NCBI GenBank assembly: GCA_049802235.1
Contig: JBARMB010000050.1
Span: forward strand, 23,577 to 87,576
DNA length: 64,000 nucleotides
From: Burkholderiales bacterium
GTDB lineage: Bacteria > Pseudomonadota > Gammaproteobacteria > Burkholderiales > SG8-39
Direction of reading: 5' to 3'
Within the stretch, counting starts at the first letter, position 1, and every line of letters starts with the position of its first letter. Of this stretch, positions 11,833-23,666 are shown in pieces. Made by a program: the position numbers and the translations under genes. The notes below the pieces were generated by a model. It ran no database searches, had not been told where the DNA came from, and worked only from the letters and a program-made list of their open reading frames with translations.

Positions 11833-12321
11833 ATGGATTGGGTACCTGCAATTTCCCGCTGGATCCACTTCATGGCCGGCGTCATGTGGATCGGACTGCT
11901 CTACTACTTCAACTTCGTCAACGCCGCGGCGGCAAAGGCGGCTGCGGCGGACGGTACCGGCGCCGGCATCGCCAAGCACGTCATGCCGCGCGCGCTGCTG
12001 TATTTCCGCTGGGCCGCGGTGGTGACCTGGCTGGCAGGCGCATCCCTGCTGGGCTCGAATTTTGGCGCGGCTTTCCTGCTGCACAAATCGCACTTGGCGA
12101 TCGGCATAGGTGCCTGGCTCGGCACCATCATGCTGTTCAACGTCTGGGTCCTGATCTGGCCCAACCAGAAGAAGATCCTGGGCATGGTGCCGGCGACCGA
12201 CGAAGAAAAAAACAAGGCGCGCCGCGTCGCGTTCCTCGCCTCGCGCACCAACACAATGCTGTCGATACCGATGCTTTATTTCATGGCAGCGGGCGGTCAC
12301 ACCGCACTTTTCTTCGGCTGA
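11833..12321 (+). CDS. Integral membrane protein, about 4 TM, possibly related to the membrane domain of PuuD-type urate hydroxylases (uncertain)
   Basis: 162 aa with hydrophobic helices (WIHFMAGVMWIGLLYYFNFVN, VVTWLAGASLLG, IGIGAWLGTIMLFNVWVLIWP). AGGAGG RBS. Confidence 0.7.
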   Translation: MDWVPAISRWIHFMAGVMWIGLLYYFNFVNAAAAKAAAADGTGAGIAKHVMPRALLYFRWAAVVTWLAGASLLGSNFGAAFLLHKSHLAIGIGAWLGTIMLFNVWVLIWPNQKKILGMVPATDEEKNKARRVAFLASRTNTMLSIPMLYFMAAGGHTALFFG

Positions 12322-12343
12322 GCGACGCCCCAATAATGGAAGC

Positions 12344-12369
12344 GGACGGCTGCGGCCGTCCGTTTTTTT
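12344..12369 (+). terminator. Intrinsic terminator after the 11833-12321 gene
   Basis: GGACGGC-TGCG-GCCGTCC hairpin followed by GTTTTTTT. Confidence 0.6.
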
Positions 12370-12383
12370 GGCGCCGCCGGCCG

Positions 12384-12824
12384 CTATTGCGCCGCCGGAG
12401 CCTTCTTCAAGCCGGTGATGCTCGCGCCGGCCTTGATGCCCTTCGCGGCAAACCAGCCACGGGTCATCTCCAGCGCGAACCGCGCCGGTGCTGCGGCGCA
12501 ATGCGAAGTCTCGGTCTGTGGCTGCATGTCCGAGATGCTGACGATTGTGCCTTTTTCGTCGAGGAATGCGACCGAGAGGGGGATCAGCGTGTTTTTCATC
12601 CACATGCAGTGCTTCTCGAGTTGCGGAAACACGAACAGCATGCCCTCGTTGGGGCCGAGCGATTCGCGGAACATGAGCCCCTGCGCCCGGCTCTCGAAGG
12701 TAAACGCCACTTCCGCACGGATGAGGTAGACGCCCGTGGAGAGTGCCATCACCGGCATCTGTGCCGCGGCCGCCTCCGCCACCACCAGCAGCGCCGCAAT
12801 ACAGGCTGCCGCAAAGACACGCAT
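12384..12824 (-). CDS. DUF192 domain-containing secreted protein
   Basis: MLFVFP...MWMKNTLIPLSVAF...ALEM is a typical DUF192 pattern. ATG at 12824 with AGGAGG 8 nt upstream gives a signal peptide, MRVFAAACIAALLVVAEAAAA. Confidence 0.85.
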   Translation of the reverse strand: MRVFAAACIAALLVVAEAAAAQMPVMALSTGVYLIRAEVAFTFESRAQGLMFRESLGPNEGMLFVFPQLEKHCMWMKNTLIPLSVAFLDEKGTIVSISDMQPQTETSHCAAAPARFALEMTRGWFAAKGIKAGASITGLKKAPAAQ

Positions 12825-12853
12825 ATTCACGACCTCCTTTACTTCGAACACAA

Positions 12854-12881
12854 ATAAAAAAGGCAGGGATCAGACCCTGCC
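12854..12881 (-). terminator. Intrinsic terminator of the small Lys/Glu-rich protein gene
   Basis: On the minus strand: GGCAGGG-TCTGAT-CCCTGCC followed by TTTTTTAT. The GGCAGGG/CCCTGCC stem is the same as in the terminator at 33363-33387. Confidence 0.6.
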
Positions 12882-12902
12882 TTGGATTCGCCGAGGGGCG
12901 AA

Positions 12903-13094
12903 TTACTTCTTATCTTCTTTATGCACTTCCTTTTTCGCGACTTTCTTCTTAACTTCCTTTTTCGCGACTTTCTTCTCGTTCTTCTTCACTTCTTTCTTTT
13001 CCATCGGCTTGGCGTCGGTGGGCGAAGCGGCCAGCGCGAAGCCGCTCGAAACGGCAAATACCGCCGCCACCAGAATGGAGATCAGCTTTCTCAT
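12903..13094 (-). CDS. Small secreted Lys/Glu-rich protein (63 aa)
   Basis: Signal peptide MRKLISILVAAVFAVSSGFALA, then a KKEVKK-type low-complexity tail ending KEDKK. GAGAGGA RBS and its own terminator. Paralog of the gene at 33159-33341. Confidence 0.65.
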   Translation of the reverse strand: MRKLISILVAAVFAVSSGFALAASPTDAKPMEKKEVKKNEKKVAKKEVKKKVAKKEVHKEDKK

Positions 13095-13256
13095 ATTTTC
13101 CTCTCTGTGAAGTTAAGGATTCGGCTTTGACCAGTCCTGTGGAACCAGTCTTTCCCAGTAACGCCGCGCCCCCCCCAAGGTTGACGAGTGAGCCTGCATT
13201 CTAATGAGAGAACCCGGCGAAACACAAGCGCCGCCGAGATTATTTAGCCAGAGAAA

Positions 13257-13499
13257 TCAATTAGCTGGCGATTTAGCCTTTTTCGTCTTTTTGCGGGCCT
13301 TGGCCCTTTTGCCCTTGGCTTGCGGCTTCGGCGTACCGGTCCTGATTTCGGGCTTGGCGCTCTCCGCTTTCGCCGGAGCCGGGACAGTGCCTTGCGCGCG
13401 AACGACGCTGCCAGCGCCGGCAAAGGCGGCAGCAATGAGCAGGATGACGAGTTTCTTTATGATCCTTTTCGTTTTCAAATACACCGAAACCATGACCAT
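13257..13499 (-). CDS. Small secreted basic (Lys/Pro/Ala-rich) protein (about 75-80 aa)
   Basis: Hydrophobic signal-like segment LVILLIAAAFAGAGSVVRA, then AKPEIRTGTPKPQAKGKRAKARKKTKKAKSPAN. The start is ambiguous (ATG 13499 or 13493, or TTG 13478). Confidence 0.45.
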   Translation of the reverse strand: MVMVSVYLKTKRIIKKLVILLIAAAFAGAGSVVRAQGTVPAPAKAESAKPEIRTGTPKPQAKGKRAKARKKTKKAKSPAN

Positions 13500-13541
13500 G
13501 TCAGATCCGTGAAAGCTACGGCCGTTGCCGCTTTGACCAAG

Positions 13542-13775
13542 TCAAAGCCAGCGCTCCGATGTTGGCAACGCGCCATTCACCCGGTTGTAGGGCTCCGAGA
13601 ATCCGCCGTCATCGGTAAACGCTACCAAGCCCTCGCTGTTCACATCGAGACGCCCGGCCGGATGCGCATCCGGCACGGGAATGTCGTCCTTGAGTGTGGG
13701 CCCGCTCGCGGTCCGGCCGAACTGGCACACAACGCCGTATGGCTTATTGAACAGGATCAGTCGGGACAGACGCAA
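13542..13775 (-). pseudogene. rluE: Truncated N-terminal remnant of an RluE/RsuA-family pseudouridine synthase
   Basis: 77 codons. [14 protein letters not shown] and the catalytic motif AGRLDVNSEGLVAFTDDG match the RluE N-terminal third. The frame then diverges and stops. The roughly 140 residues expected downstream are absent in all frames. Confidence 0.6.
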
Positions 13776-13933
13776 CTCCTTCGCCGCAACCGCGCCGGGA
13801 AACTCGGCGCACGCTGCGATTCGCTATAATAGCGGCCTTTCAAGATCAGACTGCCGCCCTTCCCGCGTGGCCGAACCGAGATTCCCGCCGCGCCGAACTA
13901 TTCCCTTCATCACCGAAACCCCAGGAGCATCCC

Positions 13934-15148
13934 GTGAACAAAATCAAGGTCAAGAGTCCCCTTGTCGAAATGGACGGCGACGAGATGACGCGGATCATCT
14001 GGAAGATGATCCGCGAGAAGCTCATCCTTCCCTACCTCGATGTCGAGCTGAAATACTACGACCTCGGGGTCGAAGCCCGCGACAAGACCAACGACCAGAT
14101 TACGATCGACGCCGCCAACGCCACCAGGAAGTACGGCGTCGCCGTGAAGTGCGCCACCATCACGCCGGATGAAGGGCGCGTGAAGGAGTTCAACCTGAAG
14201 CAGATGTGGAGGAGCCCCAACGGTACCATCCGCAACATCCTCGACGGCACCATCTTCCGCGAGCCGATCGTCTGCAAGAACGTGCCGCGCATCGTGCCGC
14301 ACTGGAACAAGCCCGTTGTCATCGCACGTCACGGCTTCGGCGATCAGTACCGCGCCACCGAGATAAAGTTCGATGGCCCCGGCACGATCAAGCTCATGTT
14401 TCAGCCCGAGGGCGGCGGAACGCCGGTCGAGCGCGAGGTGTTCAAGGCGCCGGGCGCCGGTGTCACCATGGCAATGTTCAATCTCGACGAGTCGATCAAG
14501 GGTTTCGCCCGCGCCTGCTTCAACTACGCGCTGCAGCGCAAATACCCTATGTACCTTTCGACCAAGAACACCATCCTCAAAGTCTATGACGGCCGCTTCA
14601 AGAACCTGTTTCAGGAGATATTCGACGCCGAGTTCAAGCAGAAATTTGAGACCGCCAAACTGACCTACGAGCACCGCCTTATCGACGATATGGTCGCCTC
14701 CAGCCTCAAGTGGAGCGGCGGCTATCTATGGGCGTGCAAAAACTACGACGGCGACGTGCAGTCCGATACGGTGGCGCAGGGTTACGGCTCGCTCGGTCTC
14801 ATGACTTCGGTGCTGATGTCACCGGACGGCAAGGCGGTCGAAGCCGAAGCGGCGCACGGCACGGTCACGCGCCACTACCGCCTGCACCAGCAAGGTAAAC
14901 CAACATCGACCAACCCGATCGCCTCGATCTTCGCCTGGACACAAGGACTGATATTCCGCGGCCGGATGGACAACACGCCGGACGTAGTCAAATTCGCCGA
15001 GACCCTCGAAAAAATCTGTGTCGACGTTGTCGAATCCGGCAAGATGACCAAGGACCTCGCGGTACTCATCCGCGCCGACCATCCGTTCCTGAGCACCGAC
15101 GAGTTCATGAGCGCGGTCGATGTCGAACTCAAGCGCCGGATGAACTGA
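13934..15148 (+). CDS. icd: NADP-dependent isocitrate dehydrogenase, homodimeric eukaryote-like (subfamily II) type
   Basis: 404 aa. [21 protein letters not shown] and [10 protein letters not shown] motifs resemble IDH1/IDH2-like enzymes. GTG start at 13934 with an AGGAG RBS. Confidence 0.95.
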   Translation: MNKIKVKSPLVEMDGDEMTRIIWKMIREKLILPYLDVELKYYDLGVEARDKTNDQITIDAANATRKYGVAVKCATITPDEGRVKEFNLKQMWRSPNGTIRNILDGTIFREPIVCKNVPRIVPHWNKPVVIARHGFGDQYRATEIKFDGPGTIKLMFQPEGGGTPVEREVFKAPGAGVTMAMFNLDESIKGFARACFNYALQRKYPMYLSTKNTILKVYDGRFKNLFQEIFDAEFKQKFETAKLTYEHRLIDDMVASSLKWSGGYLWACKNYDGDVQSDTVAQGYGSLGLMTSVLMSPDGKAVEAEAAHGTVTRHYRLHQQGKPTSTNPIASIFAWTQGLIFRGRMDNTPDVVKFAETLEKICVDVVESGKMTKDLAVLIRADHPFLSTDEFMSAVDVELKRRMN

Positions 15149-15321
15149 CACCCGCCCCACTTCGCGCCGCACAATGGAAAATGGAAAACGGGTCCCGGGA
15201 GGGGCCGGTTCGCTCCCCGGGGCGAAAAAAAAGGATCGCTCGCCTCCGGTTTCCCGGAGCCGAAAATCAAAGGGTACTTTCAGCGGCGGGCGGCAACGCC
15301 GCCCGCACGAGCCGGGTGCTG

Positions 15322-15528
15322 CTAGCTCGGCGCTTGAATATTCGAAGCCTGCTTGCCCTTAGGGCCTTGCGTGACTTCGAACTGGACCTTCTGTCCTTCT
15401 TTGAGCGTCTTGAAACCGCTCATCTGGATCGCGGAGAAGTGCGCGAACAGATCCTCGCCGCCGTCATCCGGGGTTATAAAGCCATAACCCTTGGCATCAT
15501 TGAACCACTTTACCGTACCTGTTGGCAT
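15322..15528 (-). CDS. Cold-shock protein, CspA family
   Basis: 68 aa, [34 protein letters not shown] with RNP1 and RNP2 motifs. A long upstream leader contains the palindrome CGGGGAATTCCCCG (15552-15565). Confidence 0.96.
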   Translation of the reverse strand: MPTGTVKWFNDAKGYGFITPDDGGEDLFAHFSAIQMSGFKTLKEGQKVQFEVTQGPKGKQASNIQAPS

Positions 15529-15891
15529 AGAGCCTTCCTGAAATATAAAACCGGGGAATTCCCCGAACTATGCCTGCACTTCAACGCAGCAGAGGGATTT
15601 GACGCCTGCAGACCGCATGGAGAACAAACACAGGGAAGCCTTTTACGCGTTTTGGCTGGCGGCGTCAAGTGCCGGCCGGAGAGCGTCAACCCCTTGTTCC
15701 GGCAAAGCGTTTAACTAAACGTGAAGGTTGTGCGCGATACCAAGGGCTACTAGATTATGATGACCATTTTGTTGCCGAATAAGGGCTGCTGCGGCTGAAA
15801 AGACGCGCTATTGGCAGTCGGTGACATTCGGCTCAGAATGCGGTCAAACCGGTTTGACGGGCTCAGGCTTCTGGCATAAGTTTAACGATGT

Positions 15892-16200
15892 ATGGCAACC
15901 CGTTTACGAGAAGGAACTTTACTTGAGGCAAAGAAAAGCAAGCTCAAGCCCCCTCCTTTATTCAAGGTTATCCTCTTGAATGACGACTACACTCCCATGG
16001 AATTCGTCATCGTCGTATTGCAGAAGTTCTTCTCTCTGACCCAGGAAAAGGCCACCCAGATCATGTTGAGAGTCCATCGCGAAGGCATGGGCGTCTGCGG
16101 CGTCTATCCCAAGGACATCGCCACGACCAAAGTCGAGCAAGTTGTAGGGTATGCACGCAAGCACCAGCACCCGCTACAATGCGTGATGGAGGAAACTTGA
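15892..16200 (+). CDS. clpS: ATP-dependent Clp protease adaptor ClpS
   Basis: 102 aa, [25 protein letters not shown] core. Followed 1 nt later by clpA. Confidence 0.95.
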   Translation: MATRLREGTLLEAKKSKLKPPPLFKVILLNDDYTPMEFVIVVLQKFFSLTQEKATQIMLRVHREGMGVCGVYPKDIATTKVEQVVGYARKHQHPLQCVMEET

Positions 16201-16201
16201 G

Positions 16202-18481
<2,280 letters not shown>

Positions 18482-18502
18482 GCGTTTCCCGGAACCAGAA
18501 AA

Positions 18503-18528
18503 GGCCGCCGATGCGCGGCCTTTTTTTT
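18503..18528 (+). terminator. Intrinsic terminator after clpA
   Basis: GGCCGC-CGATGC-GCGGCC hairpin followed by eight T. Confidence 0.7.
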
Positions 18529-18606
18529 CGCGCAGCCGGCGCGACACTTGACATGGCAGCAGGCGCAACGGAAACTTGATTGGATGCAACGCGGAGGACG
18601 TTCGCA

Positions 18607-18936
18607 ATGATCCGTCGCACGATACTGGCCGCCGGCCTGCTTGCAGGATTGACGTGGGCGCTTCCGGGCCAGGCCCAGCAGGTAGATCCGAACCACGCGC
18701 GCAACCTCGCTGCCGGCTGCACCGGTTGCCACGGCGCGAGCGACGTCGGCGTGAACGGCATGTCGGCGCTTGCAGGCCGATCGAAGGACGCCCTGGTGCA
18801 GCAGATGCAGGACTTCGGCTCGGGAAAACGCCCGGCCACCCTCATGAGGCAATTGGCGAAGGGCTACACTGACGCGCAGATCGAAGCGATCGCCTCGTAC
18901 TTCGCCGAACAGCGACCGGACAAGAGATTGCCGTGA
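18607..18936 (+). CDS. fccA: Monoheme c-type cytochrome, FccA-like subunit of flavocytochrome c sulfide dehydrogenase
   Basis: Signal peptide MIRRTILAAGLLAGLTWALPGQA and a single CTGCHG heme site. GGAGG RBS upstream of ATG 18607. The stop overlaps the fccB GTG start (GTGA). Confidence 0.75.
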   Translation: MIRRTILAAGLLAGLTWALPGQAQQVDPNHARNLAAGCTGCHGASDVGVNGMSALAGRSKDALVQQMQDFGSGKRPATLMRQLAKGYTDAQIEAIASYFAEQRPDKRLP

Positions 18937-20225
18937 AGAGACTCGCCCGCCGCGACTTTCTCAAGCTTACCGCCGCCGGGGCGACGGGCAGCGCAATCCC
19001 GTGGTTGTTCGCCAATCGCGCCCGCGCGCAGAACACGAAGAAACCAATCGGCCGCGCGGTCGTCATCGGCGGCGGCTACGGCGGGGCCACCGCCGCGAAA
19101 TATCTGCGGCTGTGGAGCGCCGGCGCCGTCGAAGTGCTCATGGTCGAGCGCGATGCCGAGTTCGTCTCCTGCCCCATCTCCAACCTTGTCCTCAGCGGGA
19201 CAAGGAAAATCGGCGACATCACGCGCAGCTACGCCAGGCTGCACGATTACGGCGTGCAGGTGATCCGGGACGAGGTCGCCGCCGTCGATACCGCAAAAAA
19301 AAGCGTGAAGCTGCGCCGCGGCGGGGAGTTGCCCTGGGACCGACTGGTCGTCTCCCCGGGCGTGCATCTCATGCACGAGCGGATCGAGGGTTACGACGCC
19401 GAGGCGCAGAAGAGCGTTCTGCATGCGTGGAAGGCCGGACCCGAAACGCTGGCGCTCCGGCAGCGAATCGAATCGATGCACGACGGCGGCGTCTTCGTCA
19501 TCGCGATCCCGATGGCGCCGTACCGCTGCCTGCCCGGCCCCTACGAGCGCGCCTGCCAGGTTGCGTTTTACTTCAAGCTCGCGAAGCCACGCTCCAAGAT
19601 CCTGATCCTCGACGCCAACGAGGATGTCACCTCTAACGGGCCGCTGTTCAGGGCGGCCTGGAACGAACTCTACAAGAGCATGATCGAATATCGCCCGAAC
19701 AACGAGGTCAGGGCAGTGGATGCACGCGCGGGCGTCGTGAAGACCGACTTCGACGCCATCAAGGGCGATGTCCTCAACGTGCTGCCGCCGATGCGCGCCG
19801 GCGAGATCGCACGCTCCGCGAGCCTGATCACCGCCAACGCCCGCTGGTGCGGCGTCGACTGGCTCACCATGGAATCACTGGCGCAGAAAGGCATCCATGT
19901 GCTCGGCGATTCGACTTTGTCCGCGCCTGCCATGCCCAAATCCGGGCACATGGCGAACCAGCACGGCAAGGTCGCGGCTGCGGCGATCATCGAGCTCATG
20001 AACGGGCGCGCACCCGATCCGCAGCCGGCGCTCACCAGCACCTGTTACAGCTTCGTCAGCGACAAGGAAGCGATCCATGTCGCCTCGGTGCACCATTACG
20101 ATCCGGCGCAAAAAACCTTCGAGCCGGTGCACGGCGCAGGCGGCGTATCGACAGCGCGCAACGAAACCGAAGGCGCATACGGCTGGGCTTGGGCACAAAA
20201 TATCTGGGCTGACATGTTGGACTGA
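18933..20225 (+). CDS. fccB: Flavocytochrome c sulfide dehydrogenase flavoprotein subunit
   Basis: Tat signal RRDFLKLTAAGATGSA and FAD fold VVIGGGYGGATAAKYL. Conserved Cys in FVSCPISN at the covalent-FAD position. FCSD-type C-terminal domain. Confidence 0.85.
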   Translation: MKRLARRDFLKLTAAGATGSAIPWLFANRARAQNTKKPIGRAVVIGGGYGGATAAKYLRLWSAGAVEVLMVERDAEFVSCPISNLVLSGTRKIGDITRSYARLHDYGVQVIRDEVAAVDTAKKSVKLRRGGELPWDRLVVSPGVHLMHERIEGYDAEAQKSVLHAWKAGPETLALRQRIESMHDGGVFVIAIPMAPYRCLPGPYERACQVAFYFKLAKPRSKILILDANEDVTSNGPLFRAAWNELYKSMIEYRPNNEVRAVDARAGVVKTDFDAIKGDVLNVLPPMRAGEIARSASLITANARWCGVDWLTMESLAQKGIHVLGDSTLSAPAMPKSGHMANQHGKVAAAAIIELMNGRAPDPQPALTSTCYSFVSDKEAIHVASVHHYDPAQKTFEPVHGAGGVSTARNETEGAYGWAWAQNIWADMLD

Positions 20226-20416
20226 TCCAAACGAACGAGGCGCTGCCGACGAGAGGCCTGTTCGGTTCGGTCGCCTTCGCCGCCGGCTCGCGGGGCGGGT
20301 GGCTCGGCGCCCACGTCGGACTCATGACCGGAGTCATGCTGAGCGCCTTCTGAACGGGAGCCAGGTTGTACGCGGCCCACCGTTTGGCGCACTACTTTCC
20401 GGGATAGGCGCGCCGC

Positions 20417-20866
20417 TCAGCTCTTGCCGGTGCTGCCGAAGCCGCCGGCACCGCGTTCGCTCGCGGCGAAGTCCTCCACCACGTTCAGGTTCACCTGCAC
20501 CACCGGCACCACCACCAGTTGCGCGATCCGGTCCATCGGCTGGATCGTGAAAGCCTGTCCCGAGCGGTTCCACACCGACACCATCACCTGCCCTTGGTAA
20601 TCGGAGTCGATCAAGCCGACGAGGTTACCGAGCACGATGCCGTGCTTGTGCCCCAATCCCGAGCGCGGCAGCACGATCGCCGCCAACCCCGGATCGGCAA
20701 GATGAATGGCGATGCCGCCCGGCACCAGTTCGCTGGCGCCAGGGGCGAGGACCAGCGGCGCGTCGATGCAGGCGCGCAGGTCGAGGCCCGCGGCACCGGC
20801 GGTGGCGTACCGCGGCATGACTTCGTGCAGCCGCGGGTCGAGGATTTTCACGTCAAGTTTTTGCAT
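20417..20866 (-). CDS. dut: dUTP diphosphatase
   Basis: [43 protein letters not shown]. The ATG at 20866 gives the canonical length of about 150 aa. The longer track ORF adds a non-homologous extension. Confidence 0.95.
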   Translation of the reverse strand: MQKLDVKILDPRLHEVMPRYATAGAAGLDLRACIDAPLVLAPGASELVPGGIAIHLADPGLAAIVLPRSGLGHKHGIVLGNLVGLIDSDYQGQVMVSVWNRSGQAFTIQPMDRIAQLVVVPVVQVNLNVVEDFAASERGAGGFGSTGKS

Positions 20867-21040
20867 GCGCACCCAGTTTCCCTGAACCGCCAGGACGCCA
20901 AGACCGCCAAGACAATATTCTTTCAAATCCGACGGCCCGCGATTCCGGCGCGCATCGTCTGGAAATGACGCACCAGAGAAACAGAGACGCCCTCTTGGCG
21001 GTCTTGACGTCTTGGCGGCAAAAGAAGATGTACCGCGATG

Positions 21041-22243
21041 CTACTTCTTCGGCAGCATCTTCGCGATATGCGCAACGAGTTGCCGCGCCAGCACGATCTT
21101 GGGAGCGCGCGGCAACTCGTGGATGCCGCGGTCGTCGAACAGCGTCAGCGCGTTGGTGTCTTTCCCGAACGCTTCCTGCGCGAGATTCGCCGCAAGCAGT
21201 GGAATCTTTTTCTTCTTGCGCTTGGCCTGCGCGTTCGCTTTCAGATTTTCCGTCTCGGCGGCAAAGCCGACGCAGAATGGCACCTTCGGCAGCACCGCCA
21301 CTTCGGCGAGGATGTCGGGGTTCGGCGCCAGTTCGATGTTGATGTTGCCGGCGCCGCGCTTGATCTTGTGCGATTGGGGCGCGACGGCGTGGTAGTCGGC
21401 GACTGCCGCGACGGCAATGAACACGTCGGCCTTGCTCGCCCGCGCCATCACCGCCTGGTGCATCTCGCGCGCGGTGAGGACATCGATCCGCTCGACGCCG
21501 GCCGGCGTCGCGAGCGCGGTCGTGCCGGAGACGAGCGTCACGCGCGCGCCCGCCTCGGCCGCGGCCTGCGCCACCGCGTAACCCATCTTCCCCGAGCTGA
21601 GGTTGGTGACACCGCGCACGGTATCGATCGGCTCGTAGGTCGGCCCGGCAGTCACCAGCACCTTTTTCCCCTGCAGCAGCTTGGGGCCGAACGCCGCCGC
21701 CACCTCGGTGAGTATCTCGTGCGGCTCGAGCATGCGGCCCATGCCGGTCTCGCCGCAAGCCTGGTCGCCCGCCGCGGGCCCGAGAATGCCGATGCCGTCG
21801 GCGCACAGCCGCTCGACGTTGCGCTGCGTCGCCGCGTTCTGCCACATCTCGACGTTCATCGCCGGCGCAACCGCGAGCGGGCAGCGCCGCGCCAGGCACA
21901 GCGTCGAAAGCAGATCGTCGGCCAGCCCATTCGCGAGCTTCGCCAGGAAATCCGCGCTTGCGGGCGCGACCACGATGAAGTCGCGATCACGCGACAGCTC
22001 GATGTGGCCCATGTTGTCGGGCACGCGGCTGTCCCACATGTCGCTGAACACGGGCTTCGCGGACAGTGCCTGCAGGGTCGCGGGCGTGATGAAGCCGCAC
22101 GCCGCCTGGGTCATCACCGCCTGGACATCGGCGCCGGCCTTGATGAAAAGGCGCGTCAGTTCCGCCGACTTGTAGGCAGCGATGCCGCCGCTGATTCCCA
22201 GCAGGATTCGTTTTCCGGAAAGGCCGGTCATCGCGATCCGCAT
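21041..22243 (-). CDS. coaBC: Bifunctional phosphopantothenoylcysteine decarboxylase / phosphopantothenate-cysteine ligase
   Basis: [16 protein letters not shown] flavoprotein N-domain plus a CoaB C-domain (SSGKMGYA). An alternative start at ATG 22231 is possible. Confidence 0.95.
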   Translation of the reverse strand: MRIAMTGLSGKRILLGISGGIAAYKSAELTRLFIKAGADVQAVMTQAACGFITPATLQALSAKPVFSDMWDSRVPDNMGHIELSRDRDFIVVAPASADFLAKLANGLADDLLSTLCLARRCPLAVAPAMNVEMWQNAATQRNVERLCADGIGILGPAAGDQACGETGMGRMLEPHEILTEVAAAFGPKLLQGKKVLVTAGPTYEPIDTVRGVTNLSSGKMGYAVAQAAAEAGARVTLVSGTTALATPAGVERIDVLTAREMHQAVMARASKADVFIAVAAVADYHAVAPQSHKIKRGAGNINIELAPNPDILAEVAVLPKVPFCVGFAAETENLKANAQAKRKKKKIPLLAANLAQEAFGKDTNALTLFDDRGIHELPRAPKIVLARQLVAHIAKMLPKK

Positions 22244-22290
22244 CCGTGCGTTATTGCGTAAGGTTTCGATTTTACGGGAAAAAGAGCGCT

Positions 22291-22965
22291 GTGGCGATTT
22301 CGGACTGGCCGTTGCAGGAGCGCCCGCGCGAGCGGCTGATCGCGCTCGGGCCGCAGGCGCTCGCCGACGCGGAGCTGCTGGCGATCCTGCTGCGCACCGG
22401 AGTGAAGGGCAAAAGCGCGGTCGACGTGGCTCGCTCGCTGCTGTCGCGCTTCGGCTCGGTGGCGGCGCTGCTGGAAGCGGGTCCCGAGCGGCTCGGCGGG
22501 ACGCCAGGCCTGGGAAGCGCGAAGCTCGCGCAACTGCAGGCGGCGCTCGAGCTGGCGCGCCGCGCGCTCAAGGAGGAACTGACGACGCGCGACGCACTGT
22601 CGTCGCCGCGCACAGTGCGCGATTATCTGCGCCTGACGCTCTCCGGACGCGAGCATGAGGTATTCATGGCGCTCATGCTCGACGCGCAGCACCGCGTAAT
22701 CGCCGCCGAAGAGCTTTTCCGCGGGACGTTGACGCAGACCAGCGTCTATCCGCGCGAAGTCGTGAAATGCGCCCTCAGGCACAACGCCGCCGCAATCATC
22801 TTCGCCCACAACCACCCTTCCGGCGTGGCCGAACCCAGCCATGCCGACGAGACCCTGACCCGCTCGCTGAAGGCGGCGCTGGCGATGGTGGATATCCAGG
22901 TGCTGGACCACTTCATCGTCGGCAGCGCCGGCACCATGTCCTTCGCCGAGCGCGGGCTGCTGTAA
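22291..22965 (+). CDS. radC: RadC-family JAB-domain protein
   Basis: ERPRERL...[11 protein letters not shown]-terminus and the JAMM motif HNHPSG. GTG 22291 is preferred over track start 22246, which would leave only 2 nt to the divergent coaBC. Confidence 0.9.
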   Translation: MAISDWPLQERPRERLIALGPQALADAELLAILLRTGVKGKSAVDVARSLLSRFGSVAALLEAGPERLGGTPGLGSAKLAQLQAALELARRALKEELTTRDALSSPRTVRDYLRLTLSGREHEVFMALMLDAQHRVIAAEELFRGTLTQTSVYPREVVKCALRHNAAAIIFAHNHPSGVAEPSHADETLTRSLKAALAMVDIQVLDHFIVGSAGTMSFAERGLL

Positions 22966-23143
22966 GGGCTTTCACTGCCAAGACGCCAAGGACCGTCAAG
23001 GACTTCCCGAATTGGTGCGCTCGGCGTGGGGCGGAATTCCATAAGGTCTGCCTGGCGGCTTTGGTGCCTTGGCGGCGGCTTTTTACTTGATAGCCAAGCG
23101 CTTTTTCGCCTATAATGCGTCCCTTTTCGAATCCGGAGCGACC

Positions 23144-23377
23144 ATGGCGCGAGTCTGCCAAGTCACGGGCAAGAGGCCTCAAACGGGAAACAACGTTTCC
23201 CATGCCAACAACAAGACCAAGCGCCGGTTCCTGCCGAACCTGCAATACCACCGCTTCTGGGTCGAGAGCGAGAAACGCTGGGTCAGCTTGCGCGTGTCCA
23301 GTGCCGGCCTGCGCGTGATCGACAAAAAAGGCATCGAGGTCGTGCTCGCCGAACTGCGTGAGCGCGGCGAGATTTGA
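23144..23377 (+). CDS. rpmB: 50S ribosomal protein L28
   Basis: [34 protein letters not shown], 77 aa. Confidence 0.97.
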   Translation: MARVCQVTGKRPQTGNNVSHANNKTKRRFLPNLQYHRFWVESEKRWVSLRVSSAGLRVIDKKGIEVVLAELRERGEI

Positions 23378-23397
23378 ACGGGTAAGAGGAAAAAGCG

Positions 23398-23553
23398 ATG
23401 AGAGACAAAATCAAGCTTGAGTCGACCGCCGGCACCGGCCACTTTTACACCACGACCAAAAACAAGCGCACCACGCCTGACAAGATGGAGATCAGGAAAT
23501 ACGATCCCAAGGCGCGCAAGCACGTCATCTATAAAGAGACAAAGATCAAATAG
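23398..23553 (+). CDS. rpmG: 50S ribosomal protein L33
   Basis: Not in the ORF track (51 aa). Hand translation: [64 protein letters not shown] stop at 23551-23553. Confidence 0.95.
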   Translation: MRDKIKLESTAGTGHFYTTTKNKRTTPDKMEIRKYDPKARKHVIYKETKIK

Positions 23554-23637
23554 CGGCAAAACCGGACGGCTGAAGCCGCCGGTTTGCCTCCGCGCGTTGG
23601 AACGGACGCAAGCGCCGTTCAACGCGCGGGACAAAAA

Positions 23638-23666
23638 GAGCCCGCGAACGCGGGCTCTTTTTGTTT
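23638..23666 (+). terminator. Intrinsic terminator downstream of rpmB-rpmG
   Basis: GAGCCCGC-GAAC-GCGGGCTC followed by TTTTTGTTT. It is preceded by two further imperfect hairpins at 23556-23590 and 23591-23628. Confidence 0.7.

Noticed and set aside
22246-22290. Longer RadC N-terminus starting at ATG 22246
   Set aside because: It would place divergent coaBC and radC start codons 2 nt apart, leaving no promoter space. The extra 15 residues ([15 protein letters not shown]) are not RadC-like.
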